Positions 57,354 through 64,000 of a stretch of 64,000 nucleotides of DNA are shown here, piece after piece. How positions within the stretch are numbered: the first letter of the stretch is position 1; each line of letters begins with the position of its first letter. The stretch spans positions 611 through 64,610 of the forward strand of contig CAZDZV010000004.1 in assembly GCA_964510025.1 (NCBI GenBank), written 5' to 3'. Both the position numbers and the translations under genes were made by a program. This stretch comes from an uncultured Methanosarcinales archaeon (GTDB lineage: Archaea > Nanobdellota > Nanobdellia > Woesearchaeales > DATDXC01). The notes under the pieces were generated by a model. It worked only from the letters and a program-made list of their open reading frames with translations. It was not told where the DNA came from and did not search any database.

Positions 57354-60300
57354 TTGAGACAATATCTGCTAGCTTTCATGTTTTTGATGTGTCTCTGCAG
57401 CATAGCAGCAGCCCAGCACTGGATAACCGGCCAGGTTCTGGATGCAATGGATGGGACACTTGCTGATGGTAGGAAAGTCGCTCTCTTCTATCCGGGCTCC
57501 CCGGAAATAAACGCCACAGATGTTATCGGTGAACAGGGCATGAGCGGAACAGGCAGCTATTATATGATTGACATAGAGAGCATAGACGAGGATTGGCAGC
57601 CGGGCGAGATTGTGTCTGTGAAGGTTGTGGAGAATAATAGCGGATATGCCACCAGGACAATTGCAGTCAACCTTAGTTCTGACAGCTTTGATGTGGCTGA
57701 CATCATGACCCTGAAGAAACTGGGCGATGCCATAAGCTGGCTGTCGGCTATGCAGAAGGATGGGTTGGTCGATTCTTATGAAGGAGACGATGAAGATTAT
57801 GCATATACATACGATCAGGCCCTGGCGGTCATTGCGTTTACGCTGGCTGATGAGACAGATAAGGCAGCTGCGGTGCTGGACAAGATGCAGGAGCTTCAGC
57901 TTGCCAATGGTGCATGGTACCAGTGTTATGATGCTGTAACCTCATCCATAGGGCATGGCGGCTGTTATCTTTACCCGACCGGCGACATATCATGGATAGT
58001 TATGGCAGTCAATTTCTATGAGCATAAGACAGAAGATGCTGGCTATCGGGAGATGGCGCTGAGAGCCTTATCATGGCTTGACAGCGTGAGAAACACAGAT
58101 CCGTTGCAGGAAGACTACGGCTCATTAGATTTATGCAGGGGACCCGCATGCACCTACCCGGAAGCCATAAGTACAGAAAACAACTATGATGCTTATTCAG
58201 CCTACTATTACAGGGGGGTCCTGGATAGGAATGCATCCTTAATAGACAGGGCGCTTCTGATCAAGAAGTATCTTGTGGAAGAGATGTGGTCCAACTCATC
58301 TGCATCCAACGGCCCTTTTCATGACATAGGCGTCTTCTGGGTAGGATTTGACGATTTTGGGTTCTATACTGATCCGCAAAGCTGGGCAATACTGGCTCTG
58401 GGTTCAAAGGGGCCTGAAGGTGAAAATTTCACCCGGGCTCTGGAATGGCTCTACAGCTACGGGTATGGGTATGGCAGCACCCGCCACAACCAGACATATA
58501 ATCCTGAGATAGACGGCTTTGACTACTGGACAAAGCCATCCAAAGACTCCATCTGGGTGGAGGGCACAGAAGGTGTTGCTGCTGCCTATTATTCCATAGG
58601 CGACAACGTGAAAGGAGACTATTTGCACGGACAGGTGCTGCAGGATATCAACGGCGGCCTGATCTATTCATTCTCAGAGACCGATCCTGACAGCATAAGA
58701 TGGAATGAAAATTGGCGTCATAATTCAGTAGCCAGCACATCATGGTTCTATTTCAATGAGCAAAAGGCGAACCCATTTGTCCTGGATATCAGCTTGGATT
58801 CAGAGATCCCTCTCTCAAAAGGCTGGAACCTGTTTTCGCCACCTGGCGGACTGGATGCACAGGGCGTCAATCTTGAGGTTGAGGCTGGCTGGAATCTGCT
58901 GGGATATTCAGGTGAAGATGCATTTTACTGGCTTAATGCCTCTGTCTCCAACAGCTCAGAAACAAGGTCAGTTGCCGATGCCGATGAATGGCTCCAGCCG
59001 ACCGTATATTACTTTGACGTCAGCTATAGGTTTGTGCCAGGAAATGACGATTATCTGCGGCGAGGCAGAGGATACTGGCTGTACAGCACTGTCAACCTGA
59101 CTATAACATTTGACAGTCTGATGATATCCTCATTCAACTGGTCTAAGGTAAGAATAAGAAAAGGGGAAGTTGTCAAGACTTTGTCAGAAGCTCAATCATC
59201 AGGATGGCTTCAGTCTACAATATACTATTTCGACACAGCATCCCAGCAGTACCGGTTCATCCCCGATGACAGGGATATTATCGGTTCCTATGAGGGCTAC
59301 TGGCTGCTGGCTTTCCAGGACAATCTTTCGCTGATATTCGAATTTGACATATGCCAGCACCTTCAGAGCTGCTCATATTCTACATACCTTAGATGTAATC
59401 CTGCTGTAGAAGCTCTGACAACAGAGGCCTTTGATGAAGATACCCTAGAGCACTTCTGGAAGGATTTGGCAGCTCTTGAGGATAGCGGCAGTCTAGAATC
59501 TGTTGAGCCCCAGGATATTGATGATGAATATGTTTACCTCACAGAGGATGAGCAAAAGAGGATTGTCGCAGCTGACTCAGCCCATGCTGTCTGGGTTGAC
59601 AAGAATGGCCTTGTGCCGTGGAGATTAGCAGGCTATGACTACCAGGAGCTGTCTGGCTTGTTCAAGGGATTCTTCTCAGAATCAGGCTCAGGCTGTTATT
59701 TCCTGTCGTTGATAGACAGTAATCCGGCAGATGCATATCATTATATCACACAGAATGGGCTGCTGGAGGACAATAAGATAGGCACATTCTATGCGGTCTT
59801 GGAGGACATAAGGTCTGATTTCAGGCACGGCATATCCTCAAGGGACCCTACACATGAGCCTTATACTGTTGCAGAGGCTCTTACAGAATACGATGAATAT
59901 CAAACAAGGGTCAGCAGAAGAGGGTGCCACAGCATGACCAGGATACTGTTGGCCTTGATGAGGAGCATCAACATTCCTGGTGAAGAGACCCGATTAGGTG
60001 TGTGGTTTGACTTCGGCCATTCCTCTGCTGCCTGGCCGTCATTGTCCAAGGTTCTCCCGCATGGAGATAATATCTACAACGCCCTGGTCAAGGCCACTCC
60101 TTCGGATAGGCTATTGCCTGACTATTCCTATTATGGGGAAGATGTCCTATGCGGCACCGAAAGGCCGTGCATTTCCCACAGGCATACATCCTTGAATGCA
60201 GTGACATACCCGTCCGCCTACACCAAAAACCGGTGCTGCAATCCTGCACAATATGAGCACACAGACTGCCAAGAATACCTGCATTACGAGCATGATCCTT

Positions 60301-60434
60301 ACCTGACAGCTTATGAGATAGCTTCTGCAGCAGATGCGATATCAGCCCTGTGCCAGGGCCAAGCGATCCCACTAGCCTCTATCGAAGACCAGCCCATAGA
60401 ATGTCTTGACTACATACCCGGCTACATACCCTAG
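57354..60434 (+). CDS. Large secreted multidomain protein: (alpha/alpha)6-barrel-like, repeats, transglutaminase-like C-terminus
   Basis: Signal peptide; YTYDQALA and WVEGTEG helical-barrel motifs; GWNL and WLQ.T.YYFD...GYWL repeats; GCHSMT...SINIP...GHS. Confidence 0.65.
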   Translation: MRQYLLAFMFLMCLCSIAAAQHWITGQVLDAMDGTLADGRKVALFYPGSPEINATDVIGEQGMSGTGSYYMIDIESIDEDWQPGEIVSVKVVENNSGYATRTIAVNLSSDSFDVADIMTLKKLGDAISWLSAMQKDGLVDSYEGDDEDYAYTYDQALAVIAFTLADETDKAAAVLDKMQELQLANGAWYQCYDAVTSSIGHGGCYLYPTGDISWIVMAVNFYEHKTEDAGYREMALRALSWLDSVRNTDPLQEDYGSLDLCRGPACTYPEAISTENNYDAYSAYYYRGVLDRNASLIDRALLIKKYLVEEMWSNSSASNGPFHDIGVFWVGFDDFGFYTDPQSWAILALGSKGPEGENFTRALEWLYSYGYGYGSTRHNQTYNPEIDGFDYWTKPSKDSIWVEGTEGVAAAYYSIGDNVKGDYLHGQVLQDINGGLIYSFSETDPDSIRWNENWRHNSVASTSWFYFNEQKANPFVLDISLDSEIPLSKGWNLFSPPGGLDAQGVNLEVEAGWNLLGYSGEDAFYWLNASVSNSSETRSVADADEWLQPTVYYFDVSYRFVPGNDDYLRRGRGYWLYSTVNLTITFDSLMISSFNWSKVRIRKGEVVKTLSEAQSSGWLQSTIYYFDTASQQYRFIPDDRDIIGSYEGYWLLAFQDNLSLIFEFDICQHLQSCSYSTYLRCNPAVEALTTEAFDEDTLEHFWKDLAALEDSGSLESVEPQDIDDEYVYLTEDEQKRIVAADSAHAVWVDKNGLVPWRLAGYDYQELSGLFKGFFSESGSGCYFLSLIDSNPADAYHYITQNGLLEDNKIGTFYAVLEDIRSDFRHGISSRDPTHEPYTVAEALTEYDEYQTRVSRRGCHSMTRILLALMRSINIPGEETRLGVWFDFGHSSAAWPSLSKVLPHGDNIYNALVKATPSDRLLPDYSYYGEDVLCGTERPCISHRHTSLNAVTYPSAYTKNRCCNPAQYEHTDCQEYLHYEHDPYLTAYEIASAADAISALCQGQAIPLASIEDQPIECLDYIPGYIP

Positions 60435-61372
60435 ATCCAGTTCTTTTTCTTGAAATAAGCGAGCATAGATACGCCCACAACAATCATCACGCCCCACACC
60501 ACAAAGTATCCTGCCCTCCATTCCAGCTCCGGCATATACCTGAAGTTCATTCCATACACCCCTGCTATGAATGTAAGTGGGATAAAGATTGAAGCAAATA
60601 CTGTCAACACCTTCATTACCTCGTTCATGTTGTTGGAAACAGATGACATGTACACGTCAAAGGTGTTGGAAATCGCCTCCCTCTGGTTGTCCAGAAGGTC
60701 ATAGACCCTTATAGAATGGTCGTAGACATCCCTGAAGTAAGGGATTGACTTGTCAGATATGAACCTGTATCCTTTTCTCGCCAGAAATGACAGCTTCTCC
60801 CTTTGAGGGAGGATTGTCTTCTTGATCGATATTATCTGCCGCTTCAGATCAAGTATCTTTGACATGTGTCCAGGGGATGCTTTCTTGGTAACTGCCTCTT
60901 CAAGATCCTCTATCTCGTCATCGATCTCTTCCAGCACCGGAAAGAAATTGTCTATCTCGATGTCGATAAGCTGGTGCAGTATGAAATCCGTGCCGTTCTT
61001 CAGGAGCCTGCCCAGCTTCTTCTTGTTTTTCTTCAGCTTTTCGAAGCTCTCCAGCTCAGCTTTGTGGTTGGTTATGATGTAGTTCCTGCCAAGGATAAAG
61101 TCAAGCTCCACCAGTTCTATCCCCTTTTTCTTCTGGCAGCCGTAGAAGATGCAGAACAGATAGTCCACGAAATCCTCCACCTTGATCCTAGTATTCGGAT
61201 TTTCTATGTCCTCAACAGTGACAGGATGCAGCTTGAAAGCCTTTTGCAGAATCTGAGATTCCTTGGCTGTAATGTCATACACGTCGATCCATAGCCTTTT
61301 GTTCTTGATCCTGCCTAGCTCTCCAATCTCCGCTTTCCGTAGTTTCCTGTCAAAATAAAATATCTCTATCAT
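60431..61372 (-). CDS. corA: Mg/Co transporter CorA
   Basis: LHPVTVED, YFRDVYDH, MNEVMKVLT, YGMNF, MPEL. Confidence 0.96.
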   Translation of the reverse strand: MIEIFYFDRKLRKAEIGELGRIKNKRLWIDVYDITAKESQILQKAFKLHPVTVEDIENPNTRIKVEDFVDYLFCIFYGCQKKKGIELVELDFILGRNYIITNHKAELESFEKLKKNKKKLGRLLKNGTDFILHQLIDIEIDNFFPVLEEIDDEIEDLEEAVTKKASPGHMSKILDLKRQIISIKKTILPQREKLSFLARKGYRFISDKSIPYFRDVYDHSIRVYDLLDNQREAISNTFDVYMSSVSNNMNEVMKVLTVFASIFIPLTFIAGVYGMNFRYMPELEWRAGYFVVWGVMIVVGVSMLAYFKKKNWI

Positions 61373-62625
61373 TTAAACAGCAGGTCCTTTCTCAATATGA
61401 TCGTCTGGCTTCTTTTTGGGCCGACCGACAGTATGGATATTGGAACACCTGTAAGTTCCTCGATTTTCTTGACATATCTGAATGCTGCTTCAGGCAGCCC
61501 ATCCAGGCTTCTTATGTCAGATATGTCAGAGTTCCAGCCTTCTGTCTCTTCATATACAGGCTCAGCTTTCTCGATGTCTGCTGTTGGGTAATCCTTTACT
61601 GTTCTGCCCCCTATCCTGTAGCCTGTGCAGTATCTTATCTTCTTGAAATCAGAAAAGCAGTCCAGCTTTGTGACTGCTATGGATGTCAGGCCGTTTATTT
61701 TTGCTGCATATCTGGTGATCACAGAATCAAACCAGCCTGTCCTTCTCGCCCTGCCTGTTGTGGTCCCGTACTCAGCTCCCCTTTTCCTGAGTACCTTGCC
61801 TAGGTAGTATTCCTCTCCCTGGTTGGCTTTTTTTATATCATCTTCTGACAGCTCGTCATCCTTGTTTTCATTGACCGTCTGCTCATCTGTTCCCAGCTCT
61901 GTCGGGAACGGCCCTCTGCCCACCCTTGTCGTATAGGCCTTTACAATCGCTATCACTTCATTGATCTTTGTGGGGCCGATGCCCAGCCCGGTGCAGGCCC
62001 CTCCTGCAGTAGGATTGGATGATGTGACAAAAGGATATGTGCCGTGGTCTATGTCAAGCATGGTTCCCTGCGCACCTTCCACAAGGATGCTCTTTCCGGA
62101 CCTCAGGGCCTCATCCAGAACCGCATATGTATCCTTAACAAGGGGGCTCAGCTTTTTCGCTTCTGCAGTGTCTTTCTTCACAAAATCAGACATCCTCATC
62201 CCCGTCCGCTCTATCTTGGCCATGTAACAGGGGCCGATGCCTCTCCCTGTGGTTCCTACCTTCTTTCCTGTCTTCTTATCTTGCGATACCTGTTCCTCTG
62301 TGATGACATGCGCAGAACCGCTTATCAGTAGGTTAGTCTCAGAAATCTTGAATCCTTTTTCTTCCAGGTCTGTTATCTCCTTTATTATCTGTTTTGGATA
62401 GATCACCATCCCGTTGCCGCAGATGCTGAGCTTCCCGTTATGGATGATGCCTGAAGGGAGTAGATGGAACTTATATTTCTTATCATGGACAACCACTGTA
62501 TGCCCGGCATTATTTCCGCCTGTTGCCCTGGCTATAACATCAGCCCTTTCAGCAAGAAAATCCACTATCTTGCCTTTGCCTTCATCACCCCATTGGGCCC
62601 CTACCACAGCTATTGTCTTGCCCAT
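61369..62625 (-). CDS. purA: Adenylosuccinate synthetase
   Basis: QWGDEGKG, GGNNAGHT, GTTGRGIGP, EGAQG, GTYPFVTSS, EYGTTTGR. Confidence 0.97.
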   Translation of the reverse strand: MGKTIAVVGAQWGDEGKGKIVDFLAERADVIARATGGNNAGHTVVVHDKKYKFHLLPSGIIHNGKLSICGNGMVIYPKQIIKEITDLEEKGFKISETNLLISGSAHVITEEQVSQDKKTGKKVGTTGRGIGPCYMAKIERTGMRMSDFVKKDTAEAKKLSPLVKDTYAVLDEALRSGKSILVEGAQGTMLDIDHGTYPFVTSSNPTAGGACTGLGIGPTKINEVIAIVKAYTTRVGRGPFPTELGTDEQTVNENKDDELSEDDIKKANQGEEYYLGKVLRKRGAEYGTTTGRARRTGWFDSVITRYAAKINGLTSIAVTKLDCFSDFKKIRYCTGYRIGGRTVKDYPTADIEKAEPVYEETEGWNSDISDIRSLDGLPEAAFRYVKKIEELTGVPISILSVGPKRSQTIILRKDLLFK

Positions 62626-62790
62626 AGAAAAACTTAAGATATCATACTATATAAAGTTTTCTAACACTGGACAGCGCTTATTTTGCCGAATCAGGTTGTT
62701 ACAGACACTGAAAAAGCAAAATTCACTGGCCACTGGCCACATGACATGTATGCGTCAGCTATTTAAACTAAAAATGCCAATAAATCCTAT

Positions 62791-63549
62791 GTGATAGCCA
62801 ATAGTTTTATCTTCCTGGACAAGATAGGCGAGAAGCTCGAGAAAAGCATCTGGCAGCAGGGTATCCTAAGCTGGGATCAGTTTCTGGCGGCAAAATCAGT
62901 CAAAGGCATATCAAGGAAAAGAAAGATGTACTACGACAGGATTGTTTTGCAGGCTCGCTCTGCATTGTATAGCCAATGCTCAGGATACTTCATAGGCAGG
63001 CTTCCGCAATGCGAAAACTGGAGGCTATATGATAACTTCAAAGATCAGGCTGTTTTCCTGGATATCGAGACATCCGGCATGAGCAGGTATGATGACATCA
63101 CAGTGTTCGGCATATTTGACGGAATAAACACAAAAACAATGATCCGCGGGATAAACATGGACTACAAAGAGCTTAAGAAGGAGCTCGATAGGTATAAGCT
63201 TATAGTAACCTACAATGGCTCTACCTTTGACATACCTTTCATCAGGAAAAGATACCCAAGGCTCCTGCCGCAGGTTCCCAATTTTGATCTCAGGGTAGCT
63301 TGCCAGCGCGTCAACCTCACTGGCGGCCTCAAGGAGATAGAGAAGAAGTTCGGCATAGAGAGGAGCAAGATAGTAGAGGATATGTATGGGGGAGATGCAC
63401 TAAGGCTATGGAAGATGTACAGGGTGACAGGCGACTCATACTATCTCAAGCTTCTTGTTGAATACAATGAAGAGGATGTCTACAATCTCAAGAAGATAGC
63501 AGACACTGTGACAGCGAGGCTCAAGCATGAATGTCTTGCAGAAGGTTAG
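62791..63549 (+). CDS. YprB-like RNase H-fold (DEDD) exonuclease
   Basis: FLDIETSG, VTYNGSTFDIPFI, GGLKEIE, YNEEDV. Confidence 0.88.
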   Translation: MIANSFIFLDKIGEKLEKSIWQQGILSWDQFLAAKSVKGISRKRKMYYDRIVLQARSALYSQCSGYFIGRLPQCENWRLYDNFKDQAVFLDIETSGMSRYDDITVFGIFDGINTKTMIRGINMDYKELKKELDRYKLIVTYNGSTFDIPFIRKRYPRLLPQVPNFDLRVACQRVNLTGGLKEIEKKFGIERSKIVEDMYGGDALRLWKMYRVTGDSYYLKLLVEYNEEDVYNLKKIADTVTARLKHECLAEG

Positions 63550-64000
63550 GATACTTGGAGATGCTGGAAAATGGGATAGTTGCGCCAGCTCAAGCTCCGG
63601 AAGAAAGGTGCAGACAGATGACAGGATAGGCAATGCATCCAGCTGCGGGATCTGCCATTCTTTCACTGAAAACGGAAGATGCATCTCATTGTTCAAGACA
63701 CTGATGACAAACAGCTGCAGCTTTGACTGCCGATACTGCCAGAATTCTTCGCATTGTGACAGGAAAGCAACAGCATATCAGCCTGAAGAGCTGGCAAGGG
63801 TCTTCATGCACCTGTATGTCCGGAATTTTGTCGAAGGACTGTTCCTCTCATCCGGGATTGCAGGGGATCCTGACAGGACAATTGAATTAGGAAATACAGG
63901 TTATTCAGATAGATTAAGAAAAGAGGCTCTTAAGTTGTTCAGAAAATATTATCATCCCCTTTTGATGCAGTTAATGAAACGGTCAGATTTCCTGGTGGTG
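63527..64000 (+). CDS. Putative DNA modification/repair radical SAM protein (TIGR03916-like), runs off the window
   Basis: Translated by hand: MNVLQKVRILGDAGKWDSCAS...GICHSFTENGRCISLFKTLMTNSCSFDCRYC...VEGLFLSSG, with CxxxCxxC. Absent from the ORF track because no stop is reached. Confidence 0.85.
   Translation, partial: MNVLQKVRILGDAGKWDSCASSSSGRKVQTDDRIGNASSCGICHSFTENGRCISLFKTLMTNSCSFDCRYCQNSSHCDRKATAYQPEELARVFMHLYVRNFVEGLFLSSGIAGDPDRTIELGNTGYSDRLRKEALKLFRKYYHPLLMQLMKRSDFLVV

Noticed and set aside
61369..62625. PurZ (Z-genome) candidate
   Set aside because: It retains the catalytic Asp in GDEGKG typical of PurA; PurZ has Ser there.
62626..62790. purA/exonuclease intergenic region as a possible ncRNA or riboswitch
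   Set aside because: Only divergent TATA boxes and a trivial CACTGGC duplication; no convincing stem structure seen.

Overview
Archaeal chromosomal window. It is most likely from a DPANN organism of the Woesearchaeota type, inferred from the class I LysRS, TTTA(T/A)ATA promoters, GAGGTGA RBSs, KGQAAMEFLMTYGW pilins, KaiC-like ATPases and a RimK/protease pair. Four blocks are visible. (1) lysS-lysC, then a ~13.5 kb minus-strand operon (M42 peptidase, ThiF, amidohydrolase, PaaK-like ligase, 3-hydroxyacyl-CoA dehydrogenase, S-layer/ABC exporter, three-subunit acyl-CoA carboxylase, GNAT). It is headed by an unannotated 49-aa protamine-like Arg/Thr gene with its own TATA box, RBS and T-tract. (2) A ~15.5 kb sugar-catabolic island between hom and asd: xylose-isomerase-like enzyme, GalM, GalK, three more sugar kinases, an internally deleted fucI, an enolase-superfamily enzyme, a Gfo/Idh/MocA dehydrogenase and an Mpv17/PMP22-like membrane protein. 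(3) A divergent type IV/Tad-like pilus locus with duplicated major pilins and two giant paralogous vWA adhesins carrying nested domain insertions, followed by KaiC-like, CBS-KaiC and RimK genes. (4) A large secreted multidomain protein, corA, purA, a YprB-like exonuclease and a radical SAM gene running off the end. No rRNA, tRNA, CRISPR array or transposase was recognised. All family calls come from motif recognition by eye, not from database searches.
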